The notes under the pieces were generated by a model that saw only the letters and a list, made by a program, of their open reading frames with translations, did no database searches and had not been told where the DNA came from. A stretch of 32,000 nucleotides of DNA from the NCBI RefSeq assembly GCF_013365435.1, contig NZ_CP046577.1, forward strand, positions 240,001-272,000, in the 5' to 3' direction. The stretch comes from Wolbachia endosymbiont of Litomosoides sigmodontis. GTDB taxonomy: Bacteria > Pseudomonadota > Alphaproteobacteria > Rickettsiales > Anaplasmataceae. The stretch's first letter is position 1. The number at the start of each line of letters is the position of its first letter. Below, piece after piece: positions 1 to 9,345 of the stretch. Position numbers and translations under genes: made by a program.

Positions 1-649
1 AAGTTTACGGTACGCCGTAGTATATAAAAGATGGAGTTTTCATATATTAAGCTAAGATCAATTTATAAGGTAAATAGAAAGAGTTTAGAAAAAACTTAAG
101 AGACTATTGGTAAGTATCTTAAATAAGAGTTATTCATCTTTGATGAATCATAATTTACTACAACATTTAAAAGTTGAACATGGATGATTTAAAAATGACG
201 TTAGAAAATAGGGAAAGTAAAATTGGGTAGATAAAATTTTCATCTCTATAGTGCAATTGATCTTATGAATGAAGAGAGTTTTAGCTTATTTACACTAAAA
301 TTGTCAACACTGATTGTATAAATATGTTCCTGAATAAATGCTACAATATTTAAAAATATGTGAAGCCTTTCTTATCATGGATTATGCTAGTTAGCATAAG
401 TAAAAAATTTAAAAGTGCCCAAAAATATTGAGATTATATACCTATCATCATACTTACCAAAGCTCAGTTTTATTGAAGGATTTTGGTTATGTGCAAAAAC
501 AGAACATTTTGCGTAATGTCTATAATAAAATAGCTTTTCTTGAGAGCGCTTTATGTAAATTTATTATCTCTCTTCCTCACTCATTTCGCGATTAAATAAC
601 TCTGCAATGTTACTTATTTGACCTGCTAACAGTAAGAGCTAGTATAAGC
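1..649 (+). mobile_element. IS630-family (Tc1/mariner-type DDE) insertion sequence remnant, copy A. The 5' part lies outside the window and the transposase frame is destroyed.
   Basis: Translated fragments follow the IS630 core order: LFIFDES (about 130-150), SLSYHGLC*LA resembling MDNAxxH (about 364-399), and YLPKLSFIEGFW resembling YxPxLNPIExxW (about 451-486). There are many in-frame stops. It aligns by eye at nucleotide level with the copies at 4782, 7038, 12717 and 17231. It ends in ...AGAGCTAGTATAAGC, the degenerate 3' terminus. Confidence 0.75.
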
Positions 650-669
650 TACGTTTACACCGTTCAGGT

Positions 670-760
670 GATAGTATATTTTCCTTACTCTTTTTGCAAT
701 AGTATTAAAACTTATTTTTATTGTCTATTTGTTGCTTTTAGAAGGTACATTGTATTAATG
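670..760 (-). repeat. Inverted partial copy of the IS630-like 5' terminus, directly behind copy A
   Basis: The reverse complement (...GCAACAAATAGACAATAAAAATAAG...AAAAAGAGTAAGG...) matches the 5' leader of the element (GAAACAGATAGACAATACATGGGAAAG...GTAAGTAAAAGAGAG). It ends in ATTGTATTAA, resembling the ATTGGTATTA terminus, 17 nt from the prfA stop. Confidence 0.45.
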
Positions 761-776
761 CAGGTATATGAATATT

Positions 777-1856
777 TTAACTTTCTTCAGCCAATCTTTC
801 TGCTTCGTTATGTGAAATTAGTGCCTCGATAAATTCATCTAATTCACCTTCTTTTATAATCTGCTCTAGCCGATGTGAAGTTAGATTGATTCTGTGGTCT
901 GTTATTCTTGATTGTGGGAAGTTATAAGTTCTTATACGTTCAGAACGATCTCCAGAGCCGATTTGGCTTTTTCTCATTGTTGATCTTTCTATTTCTTTTT
1001 TTTGTCTTTCAATTTCATATAGCCTTGCTCTCAATACTTTGAGTGCTTTAGCTTTATTTTTGTGCTGTGATTTTTCATCTTGCTGTATTACAGCTATTTC
1101 TGTTGGTAGGTGAGTAACTCTCACTGCACTATCAGTTGTGTTCACTGATTGTCCTCCAGGGCCACTGGATCTATAAACATCTATCCGTAAATCCTTTTCT
1201 TCTATTTTAAAATCAACTTCTTCAACTTCAGGTAATATTGCAACGGTAGCTGCAGAAGTGTGTAACCTTCCAGAAGATTCGGTTTCTGGCACTCTCTGTA
1301 CCCTATGTACTCCTGATTCAAATTTCAGCCTTGCAAAAACTTCTGTTCCATTGACAAGTGCAGAAGCTTCTTTATAACCACCTATACCTGTGCTGGAAAT
1401 GTTTATTGGCTCAAACTTCCAATTTCTTCTTTCTGCATATTTCTGGTACATCCGGAATAACATTGCTGCAAATAATGCTGCTTCTTCTCCTCCTGTACCT
1501 GCTCTAATTTCTAGTATTGCATTTCTTGAATCATCTTCGTCTTTTGGTAGTAGTGCTAGTTTTAATTTAGCTTTTACTTGTGGTAATAGTATCTTTTGTT
1601 TTTCAAAAAATTCTTCTTTAGCTAGCTCTTTTATATCATGTTCACTGTTTTCATCTTTTATTATTTCCTCTAAGTCTGAAATTTCCTTTTTTAGCGTATT
1701 ATATTCATCAATTACCCTGATAATTGGCTTAAGTTCAGAGTATTCTTTTGAAAGGTTGATAAATTTTTTTTGACTTAAATTGGTAGGGTTTTCTAATTTC
1801 TTTTCTATATCGTTAAATTTTTTCTTTAAATCTTGTAAGTTGTTTTCTATATCCAT
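777..1856 (-). CDS. prfA: peptide chain release factor 1
   Basis: 359-aa ORF with the GGQ motif (SGPGGQSVN), an RF1-type tripeptide region ([14 protein letters not shown]) and RF1-like architecture over its whole length. Confidence 0.95.
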   Translation of the reverse strand: MDIENNLQDLKKKFNDIEKKLENPTNLSQKKFINLSKEYSELKPIIRVIDEYNTLKKEISDLEEIIKDENSEHDIKELAKEEFFEKQKILLPQVKAKLKLALLPKDEDDSRNAILEIRAGTGGEEAALFAAMLFRMYQKYAERRNWKFEPINISSTGIGGYKEASALVNGTEVFARLKFESGVHRVQRVPETESSGRLHTSAATVAILPEVEEVDFKIEEKDLRIDVYRSSGPGGQSVNTTDSAVRVTHLPTEIAVIQQDEKSQHKNKAKALKVLRARLYEIERQKKEIERSTMRKSQIGSGDRSERIRTYNFPQSRITDHRINLTSHRLEQIIKEGELDEFIEALISHNEAERLAEES

Positions 1857-1979
1857 ACAGCTCGAGTCTAATATTTTAACTGTTCAAGTGAGCAATGTAT
1901 ACTTGAAATAAAAAGTTTTTTACATCAAGTAATGACATTATAATATACCTGCTACCTTAGGTATTTCTATATAATATAT

Positions 1980-2573
1980 ATGGTAAGATGGATAACATCA
2001 AACAGCAATTTTATATTTGGAGCTTCAGACATAAAATCATTACCAAATGAATCAGTACCAGAGATTGCGTTTGCTGGTAGATCAAATGTAGGAAAATCCA
2101 GTTTAATTAATTTACTGATAAATAGCAAAAAAGTTGCCAGAGTTTCTTCTAAAGCAGGATGTACTAAACAAATGAATTTTTACTCCATGTACAATGATAA
2201 ATTCAGGCTTGTTGACTTACCAGGGTATGGCTATTCTCGTGCAAGCAAAGATGAAATAATACAATGCTTAGGCCTAATTGAATACTATTTGATTCATAGG
2301 AGAAGCCTAAAAAGAGTGTTTGTACTGATAGATAGCAAAGTAGGACTAAAAGAAATAGACAAAGACTTTATTTATTGGTTAACATATAACAATATTAACT
2401 TTGATGTTGTGCTAACGAAAATAGATAAAGTAGGTCAAGAGAGTCTTGATGATGTTCTAGAAAGTACTCAAAAATGGATTAATAATGGAAGTGTGTCAAT
2501 TTGTCAAATAAGCGTCCGTGTTAAGTGTGAAATAACCAAGATGAGGGATGAGTTTTTCAAGTTTGCGAAATAA
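1980..2573 (+). CDS. engB: ribosome biogenesis GTP-binding protein YihA/EngB
   Basis: 197-aa ORF with G1 GRSNVGKSS, G3 DLPGYG and G4 TKIDK, at the typical EngB length. Confidence 0.9.
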   Translation: MVRWITSNSNFIFGASDIKSLPNESVPEIAFAGRSNVGKSSLINLLINSKKVARVSSKAGCTKQMNFYSMYNDKFRLVDLPGYGYSRASKDEIIQCLGLIEYYLIHRRSLKRVFVLIDSKVGLKEIDKDFIYWLTYNNINFDVVLTKIDKVGQESLDDVLESTQKWINNGSVSICQISVRVKCEITKMRDEFFKFAK

Positions 2574-3489
2574 GAGAATGAAGAACAGTGAATTTTTAAA
2601 GCGTGAGGTGTCATTTGAACAGAAGGCGGAAATACTACTTGAAGCACTATCTAGTATACCAAACTTTGTAGGTGAAACTTTTGTCATCAAATGCGGCGGT
2701 ATAACAATTTCGGATGAAACGCTGTTCAATACTTTTGTGCATAATGTTGTCTTATTGAAGCAGCTTGGTATAAATCCGGTTATAGTCCATGATGGAGAAT
2801 ATGAAATTGATTCTGTGCTAAAAATCTTGGGCATCGATAGTAAGTTTGTAAATAATATCAGACTTACAGATGAGGATACTATGAGAATCATAGAAATGGC
2901 ATTATGTGGTTCAGTTAATAAAAAGATTGTTCAGCATATAAATTCTGCTGGTGGTTCAGCTATTGGGTTATGTGGAAAAGATGGCAACTTAATAAAAGCC
3001 GAAAAAATAAGCACTACTCTTAGAGAAAATGGATTAAACAATATAGAAAAGATATTAGATATGGGCTTTATTGGCATGCCAACTGAGATTAATCCTGATA
3101 TATTATTTTTCATTGAAGAATCAGATTTTATACCGGTCATTGCGCCTATTGGTCATGGAAAAAATGGAGAAACATATCACATTGACGCTGATGGTGCTGC
3201 TGGTGCAATAGCAGTTGCAGTTTCTGCATCTAAAATGATAATCTTTAGCGATGTATGTGAAGAAATGGATAAGATTGATGGTAGGAAAATATCTGTTAAG
3301 CATTTAAATGCATCGATTAATTGTGGTAAGATTAAGGGAGAAAGATTTGTTGAAAAGCTTATAGCATGTGCTAAAATGGTGGAAGAATGTGCTGGAATTG
3401 CCCATATAGTTAATGGGAGAATACCTAATATTATGATTGATTTATTTACTGAAAGTAATTCTAGTGTATCAATTGTGAATGATTTATAA
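2548..3489 (+). CDS. argB: amino-acid kinase family protein, acetylglutamate kinase (ArgB)-like with divergent catalytic motifs
   Basis: Whole-length resemblance to NAGK: VIKCGG (KxGG), LTDEDTMRIIEMALCGSVNKKIV, PVIAPIG, HIDADGAAGAIA, IIFSDV. The HGGG loop reads HDGE. The start is ambiguous: 2548 overlaps engB by 26 nt, and the ATG at 2578 (MKNSEF...) lies just after the engB stop. Confidence 0.75.
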   Translation: MSFSSLRNKRMKNSEFLKREVSFEQKAEILLEALSSIPNFVGETFVIKCGGITISDETLFNTFVHNVVLLKQLGINPVIVHDGEYEIDSVLKILGIDSKFVNNIRLTDEDTMRIIEMALCGSVNKKIVQHINSAGGSAIGLCGKDGNLIKAEKISTTLRENGLNNIEKILDMGFIGMPTEINPDILFFIEESDFIPVIAPIGHGKNGETYHIDADGAAGAIAVAVSASKMIIFSDVCEEMDKIDGRKISVKHLNASINCGKIKGERFVEKLIACAKMVEECAGIAHIVNGRIPNIMIDLFTESNSSVSIVNDL

Positions 3490-3553
3490 CTAAAAGTAAT
3501 TGCCATAGCATATTACTTTTGCAGCATGTAATTTACATGCTATAATTTAACCT

Positions 3554-4027
3554 TTGGTGAGTAGGGTGCAAAGAAGCAAAATTAAAGTAAAAATAAAAAA
3601 GTTATCTTATGGGAAAGATTTACCTTTTCCTTGTTATGCAACTATGCAGAGTGCTGGTATGGACCTTTATGCTGCGCTGGATGATTCTGCTATTTTAAAT
3701 CCACTTGAAAGGTTACTTATTCCAACTGGAATAATAATTGCAATACCAAATGGTTTTGAGGGAGAAGTTCGTCCACGTTCTGGATTAGCTGCGAAACATG
3801 GAATCACTGTCTTAAATTCTCCTGGTACTATAGACTCTGATTATCGTGGTGAGGTCAAAGTTTGTCTAATTAATCTTAGTAATCAGCCATACGAAATAAA
3901 AAGGGGAGATAGAATTGCACAAATCCTTATTGCTCCCGTGTCTCAGATAATTTGGGATGATGTAGAACGATTCTGCATGGAAGTAACTGAAAGAAGTGCT
4001 GGTGGTTTTGGTTCAAGTGGTAGATAA
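3554..4027 (+). CDS. dut: dUTP diphosphatase
   Basis: All five dUTPase motifs are present: SAGMDLYA, RPRSGLAAKHGI, GTIDSDYRGEVKV, GDRIAQ, RSAGGFGSSG. The start is uncertain (TTG 3554, GTG 3557 or GTG 3566). Confidence 0.9.
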   Translation: MVSRVQRSKIKVKIKKLSYGKDLPFPCYATMQSAGMDLYAALDDSAILNPLERLLIPTGIIIAIPNGFEGEVRPRSGLAAKHGITVLNSPGTIDSDYRGEVKVCLINLSNQPYEIKRGDRIAQILIAPVSQIIWDDVERFCMEVTERSAGGFGSSGR

Positions 4028-4455
4028 TTTATGCAAACATTGCCTATCAGCTAATTTTTTTTATTAAAGATTTCTTGATTGAGGTAATTTTTATATATAA
4101 TTTTAAGTATATTGATGATTTATTATAAAGAGTAGTTATGTTGATTTTTAAAACTTTTAAAAGCTATTGTGGTTTTAATTTTTCACAAAATGGGCACACT
4201 ACTCTTACGATAAGTGTTACTTATAGCTTCTATAACTATGTTAATAGCAGTAGTTACATTTATTAAACCTAACTTACTGAAAACTATAAGACTAGCTCCT
4301 AAGTACTCTAACAAGTTTTAGTAGCTTCAATTATATTGTTTTTATGGTCATGGCATAATGGTATATGTAATCAATAAAAATAATTAAGTATCTGAGTTAA
4401 AACCTTAGAGATTGTTGTTATTAATGGTAGTGAAGTAGTGGTTAAGTGACGGGAG

Positions 4456-4650
4456 ATGTGTGTTAATAAAATAAAAGAAAGTAATAAAAACAAGGATGAA
4501 GAAGGTAAGCTAATAGATATAGATAATGAATATTGTTTCTACTTCATCTTAGAAGATAAGGATTGTTATATTACTATAGATGATCAGCTTTTGCAGCAAG
4601 AAGGCCTAGGTAACCTTTATTTAGGAAAAGTTATTGTTGAACAAGCTTAA
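4456..4650 (+). CDS. hypothetical small acidic protein (64 aa), doubtful
   Basis: This is the only ORF of at least 60 codons in the 754-bp spacer after dut. I recognise no similarity. GGGAG abuts the ATG with no spacing. Confidence 0.2.
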   Translation: MCVNKIKESNKNKDEEGKLIDIDNEYCFYFILEDKDCYITIDDQLLQQEGLGNLYLGKVIVEQA

Positions 4651-4781
4651 TAAGGATATATAAAGAAAGAAGTAATACTTATAAAATAAAGTGGTAGGCT
4701 TAATCTGCCTCTTTTTTATTCTGAAGAGCTCCTAGATTCTAGGTGCCACACGCTAGAATGACAAGAATTATTTTATTTTTA

Positions 4782-5423
4782 TCATATTAATTCCCACTGT
4801 GCAGGGAACAGATAGACAATAATGGGAAAGAAATCTTCCTGAAGTAAGTAAAAGAGAGATTTAAATGGTATTAGAATTAAAATTATTGGATGAAGGAGTC
4901 ATGAAATCAGTAAAGGAAATGCTGAAAAAAGTGCGAAAAACGCACATGTTCAAAAAACTAAATGCTATTGTTAATTTAAATAAATTTTAGATACCTGATG
5001 ATTTTAAAGGGGCGTTAGAACATAAGTTGAAGTAAAATTAGGTAGACACTTTTATTTCTATGATGCAGTTATATCTTACAAATGAAAGAGTGCTAGCTTA
5101 TTTATATTGAATGTGTTAATATTAATTGTATGAATATATCTCTTGAACAAATGTTGCAATATTTAAAAATATGAAAATCCTTTCTTGTCATGGATTATAT
5201 CAGTTAACATAAATTAAAAATTTAAAATTATCTAAAAATATCAAGGTTATATATCCATCTAAGCTCAACCCCATTGAGAGACTTTGATTGTATATAAAAT
5301 AGAACATTTTCTATAATCTTAGGACGCTCTATACAAATTTATTGCCTCCCTTTCTTACTCTGCAATTAAATAACCGTGCAACATCATTTACTTAACTCAT
5401 TAACAACGAGAATTGATATTAGC
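4782..5423 (+). mobile_element. IS630-family remnant, copy B (internally deleted, dead)
   Basis: The 5' end is TCATATTAATTCCCACTGTGCAGGGAACAGATAGACAAT. An N-terminal HTH-region remnant starts at ATGGTATTAGAATTAAAA. The C-terminal core remnants include ...SFLVMDYISxHKLKI-like and LNPIERLxL-like fragments. The 3' terminus is GAGAATTGATATTAGC (5408-5423). It contains many stops. Confidence 0.75.
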
Positions 5424-5427
5424 GCTA

Positions 5428-5675
5428 TTCCTGAAATGCAACATATTTTTGCTACGGCTGTTATATTATACTTTTTTGTTACCATTACAGCATTTAGTTT
5501 TTTGCAACATATGCGTTTTTTACATTTTTTTTAGCATTTCTTTTACTGATTTCATGACTTCTTCATTCAGTAATTTTAATCCCAATGCCATTTAAATCTC
5601 TCTTTTACTTACTTCAGCATGATTTCTTTCCCATGTATTGTCTATCTGTTTCCTATACAGTGGGGATTGGTATTA
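5428..5675 (-). repeat. Inverted partial copy (about the first 240 nt) of the IS630-like 5' end, directly behind copy B
   Basis: The reverse complement of 5428-5675 aligns by eye with 4782-4975 and with the 5' parts of copies C, D and E. It ends in CAGTGGGGATTGGTATTA. Confidence 0.8.
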
Positions 5676-5785
5676 CTGCTGTGGTAATAAGGTTGTTGAA
5701 ATTTGTCAAGTAATTTCTTATATTTCTGTGAGCTACTTGAGTATATAGAAAAGAGTATTAGAATGAAAGAAAGCAATACATCTTT

Positions 5786-6862
5786 TTAAAAGATTAACTT
5801 CAGCCCAGCTAAAAATGTGTAACTTAAGTTATTATTCATTACTTTAGGTTCTTTGGTATTATACTTTATACTATTGAAATAGTATGAAGTGCCCATGAAA
5901 AGAAGGTATTCAAGACTTAAGGCATATGAGGTTAATTAGTTTATGCCTTCACCTATAATATCCAGACCACCACTAAAATATGTTAAGCTCAACTTGTAGG
6001 AATCAGAGTGGTAAACAATGTCTACATTCATATAATATGTGCTACTTACTTCAGGATTAAGCTTTTTAGCAAATTTGCTGCCATTGCTATACGAAAAAAT
6101 GCAATCAAGATCAAAAAATTTCAGTTTTAAGCCAAAATTCTAATTCAGAAATTGGTTATAACGCAGGAGGTTGCCAGGGTTTTTGTTTGCATAATCAACT
6201 TTTTTCCTTGTAAATTTACTAGTGAAAGTAGCAGTAAAGCTTATGTCATCTGATAGGCCATTTTTATAGGAAAGACCAACAACAACCAGATTGCTATACT
6301 GCAAGTTACTTTTTCCTGAAATATAACCAAGTCCCAGCTGAAAATTATAAATCTCAGGAGAGATATAGCTTACTGCTGATTGCTTTAATTTTAATTCAAG
6401 TACACTGTAATTACTATAAATATTGGGCATTACTCATGCACATATTATCTTTACCATATTTAGTGTCATCATCTTTTTTTATTACTACACAAATTTGCAT
6501 AGTTTTCCTAGTAATTATTTATCCCCTCAGCAGCTGCATGAATCTTTGAAGTGTTGATTAGCATGCTTTGGCTAAATTTCTTTTATTATATTTAATTAAC
6601 CGAAATCTCTAGTTTTTAATGATAAAATGCCATTCCTCCATGTTTAACTTTCTTACGTTTAGCGCCTTTAGATTAGAGATAAAGCATTGTCTTTAAGCTT
6701 AACATTGAAAGGATCTCTGTTGAAGGTATAGCCAAATCTCAAATCTATTTTCCCGTCTAACTCTGCGTAAGATATTTTCTTGTTTTAAATTACTCTTGTG
6801 CCAGTGCTACTTTGTGAAAACAACAACAAAAATAACATCATTAAGCAGCATCTTAACTTCAT
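5786..6862 (-). pseudogene. outer-membrane beta-barrel protein pseudogene (surface-antigen / porin-like)
   Basis: - N-terminus: the minus-strand ATG at 6862 gives a signal-peptide-like MKLRCCLMMLFLLLFSQSSTG, then a TAA at 6785-6787, then YAELDGKIDLRFGYTFNRDPFNVKLKDNALSLI.
- Middle (about 6430-6680): broken in all frames.
- C-terminus (6430-5786): one frame with only two premature stops (TAG 6140-6142, TAA 5936-5938). It ends ...LSYTFLAGLKLIF*, an alternating beta-strand pattern with the terminal Phe typical of OMP beta-signals. Confidence 0.65.
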
Positions 6863-7037
6863 GAATAAACTTAAAATCTTTATAAAAGTTTAAGCTTAAA
6901 CTCAATATAGGCAAAACAACTTTTCAAAAGATGCTTTCTAATTTTTGCGCTAAATACTAAGCTTTGCTGTAGCTCTTGAGCTACATTTCCATAAGTTACT
7001 GATATAATATGGGTAATCCCCGCTTTTAATAACTGCT

Positions 7038-8108
7038 TATACCAATTCTTATTGTCAGTAGGTTAAATAAGTGACATTGCAAAGTTGTTTAGTTACAGAG
7101 TATAAAGGGAGGTAATAAGTTTGCGCAAAGCAATTGTATTACAGACTTTATTACACAAAATGTTCTGTTTTATTAATAGGGTTAAACTTAGGTGGGTGTA
7201 GCAGTAAGTATATAATTTCGATATTTTTAGATACCTTTTTTTTGACTTATGCTGACTCGCACAATTTATGCTAAGAAAGGGTTCTCGTGTTCTTAAATAT
7301 TGTAACATTTATTCAAAAAATATATTCATACAATCAGTATTGGCATTCGTCGTAAATAAGCTAGAACTCTCTTCATATTCTTAGGACTAACTACACTGTA
7401 AAGATAAAAATTTTTGTTTACCTGTGTTTTACTTCAACCTGTGTTCTAACGTCCTTTTTAAATCATCCATGTTTAACTTTCGAATGTGTACTAAACCGCG
7501 ATTTATCAAAGAAAAATGACTCTTGTTTAGGGTAATTATTAATAATTTCATTGAGTTTTTTTAACTTTTTCTGTCTACTTTTATCTTGTTCATTGTGAAT
7601 TATTCTTGGAGTAATATACAAGAACTTCGTTTTTTGCATATTTAAGGTGTACTGTAGTCTTTCTGATATTCAAGTCGGATTTTCCCTGAGTTCTTTGCTC
7701 TTATTTTTTTAATAGTAATATTATGTTTTCTTGTATTCATACTTTAACCTATTCAAGTTTGCTCTGATTCAGTCCAATTTTTCTGTGGCATTGAGGGGGA
7801 GCAAACAGTTTTTCTTTCTCTTACAAATTTTAGATGCTTTATTTATCTATGTAATTAATGTTGTTTTTAAAGTGCAACATATTTTTGCTATGGCTATTAT
7901 ACTGTGCTTTTTGCTGCAATTACAGCGTTGAGTTTTTTGCACATATGTGTATTTCACGCTTTCTTCAGCATTTCCTTTGCTGATTTCACGACTTTTTATC
8001 TAATAATTTTGATTTTAATGCTATTTAAACCTGGTTATTCTACTTACTTTAGCACAGCTTCTTTTTATTATTGTCTATCCATTCCTTATACAGTGGGAAT
8101 TGGTATTA
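7038..8108 (-). mobile_element. IS630-family remnant, copy C. It is the most complete copy (about 1.07 kb, both termini present) but has no intact transposase.
   Basis: The termini are TATACCAATTCTTATTGTCAG (7038-) and CAGTGGGAATTGGTATTA (-8108). The reverse complement is collinear with copies A, B, D and E, including AAAACAGAACATTTTG and the DES-region block. The largest ORFs (71, 66 and 101 aa) are spurious. Confidence 0.8.
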
Positions 8109-8169
8109 GTTCTTTATCTATGCCTACAATCTGTAAACCGCTTACTAGGTTAGCAACAACTTACTTGAG

Positions 8170-9345
8170 CTATATCTTTAAAATTAACCTGTTTGGATCT
8201 TCTATATAATTTTTTATTTTGATGAGGAAAGTTACTGCTCCCTTGCCATCAACTATTCTATGGTCGTAAGAGAGGGCAATGTACATCATAGGTCTGATTT
8301 CAATTGAATTACCTACAGCAATTGGCCTGTTTTGTATAGAATGCATTCCAAGTATGCCAGATTGTGGAGGATTTATTATTGGGGTAGAAAGGAGCGAACC
8401 GTATACTCCGCCATTTGAAATGGTAAATGTTGCACCCTCCATTTCTGATACTTGCAGCTTACCTTCTCGTGCTTTTTTACCAAGAACAGCTAAAGTTAGC
8501 TCAATTTCAGCAAATGACATCTGATCAGCACTTCGAATAACTGGTACAACAAGACCTTTGTCAGTACCAACGGCAACACCTATGTCATAGTAATATTTAT
8601 ATATGATTTCATCGCCTGAAATTTCAGCGTTAATTTCAAGAATTTCTCCCAGTGCTTGCACCGCTGCCTTTATAAAGAAGGACATGAAACCAAGCTTTAT
8701 TCCATACTTCTTTTCAAAAGTTTCTTTATACTTTGCCCTGAGATCCATAACATTTTTCATGTCGATTTCATTGAACGTGGTTAGTATTGCAGCGGTATTT
8801 TGCGAAGCTTTCAAACGAGCAGCAATTACTTGTCTTATTTTGCTTATTTTTACTCGCTCTTCTCTCAGCTTCCTACTACTTGCTGTACTTTTTGGTAATT
8901 CATATTGTTTTGTCGTAGTTTGTTCAGCTTTATTCATATAGTCTATCACATCTGCTTTAGTTATCCTGTTTCCCATGCCAGTTCCTTTAACACTTTCTGC
9001 ACTAATTGCATTTTCTTCCATAATTTTACAAGCTGATGGAGCGTTTCTTTTAGCAGAATTCTCCATTTTATCTTCTTTCATCACCTCTTCCTTCATCTCT
9101 TTTACGGAAAGTTTTGCTAATAATTGATCAGGGCTTATTACATCATTTTCACTTACAAGAAATTCAGTTATTTGTCCTGAAGCTTCTGCAGTTAGTTCAA
9201 GTGCTGTTTTGTCAGTCTCGATTTCAAAGATTAGGTCATCTACTTTTATTGCTTCGCCAATACTTTTCTTTATTTTGATGATACCTTTTGTAACTGATTC
9301 ACCACCAAGAGTTTTTGGTGCTCTTATTTCTATAATCTTGCTCAT
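8170..9345 (-). CDS. sucB: 2-oxoglutarate dehydrogenase E2 component, dihydrolipoamide succinyltransferase
   Basis: 391 aa with an N-terminal lipoyl domain ([13 protein letters not shown]), an E3-binding region ([13 protein letters not shown]) and a catalytic domain with [16 protein letters not shown]. Confidence 0.95.
   Translation of the reverse strand: MSKIIEIRAPKTLGGESVTKGIIKIKKSIGEAIKVDDLIFEIETDKTALELTAEASGQITEFLVSENDVISPDQLLAKLSVKEMKEEVMKEDKMENSAKRNAPSACKIMEENAISAESVKGTGMGNRITKADVIDYMNKAEQTTTKQYELPKSTASSRKLREERVKISKIRQVIAARLKASQNTAAILTTFNEIDMKNVMDLRAKYKETFEKKYGIKLGFMSFFIKAAVQALGEILEINAEISGDEIIYKYYYDIGVAVGTDKGLVVPVIRSADQMSFAEIELTLAVLGKKAREGKLQVSEMEGATFTISNGGVYGSLLSTPIINPPQSGILGMHSIQNRPIAVGNSIEIRPMMYIALSYDHRIVDGKGAVTFLIKIKNYIEDPNRLILKI

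Noticed and set aside
1390-1773. 127-aa ORF antisense to prfA. Similar antisense ORFs lie inside argB (2496-2891, 2931-3140, 3121-3303, 3177-3506), sucB (8279-8524, 8603-8941), the P-loop ORF (10390-10584), secA (14035-14265, 14262-14462, 15296-15505, 15506-15700), fusA (21807-22025, 22022-22228) and the r-protein genes (25322-25555, 26085-26336, 26533-26775, 27101-27337, 27736-27945, 28205-28387, 28302-28484, 28798-29046, 29215-29403, 30524-30886).
   Set aside because: Each lies entirely within a well-supported conserved gene on the opposite strand and has a low-complexity translation. These are shadow ORFs.
1919-1944. TTTACA ... TATAAT promoter candidate for engB in the prfA-engB divergent spacer.
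   Set aside because: The spacer between the hexamers is only 14 nt, and a -10-like hexamer is expected by chance in AT-rich sequence.
4696-4720. Possible Rho-independent terminator (AGGC-TTAATCT-GCCT followed by CTTTTTTATT) after the 64-aa ORF.
   Set aside because: The stem is only 4 bp, which is too weak to support a terminator call.
5413-5595. Short ORFs inside IS630/IS5 remnants: 5413-5595, 7093-7308, 7731-7931, 7904-8209, 12944-13132, 13556-13762.
   Set aside because: They run antisense to, or across junctions of, decayed transposase fragments. For example, 13556-13762 fuses an IS630 3' end, an inverted IS630 5' end and an IS5 fragment. They are not genes.
6140-6430. 96-aa ORF as an independent gene.
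   Set aside because: It is in frame with beta-barrel-like sequence on both sides, separated only by single stop codons. It is a fragment of the OMP pseudogene at 5786-6862.
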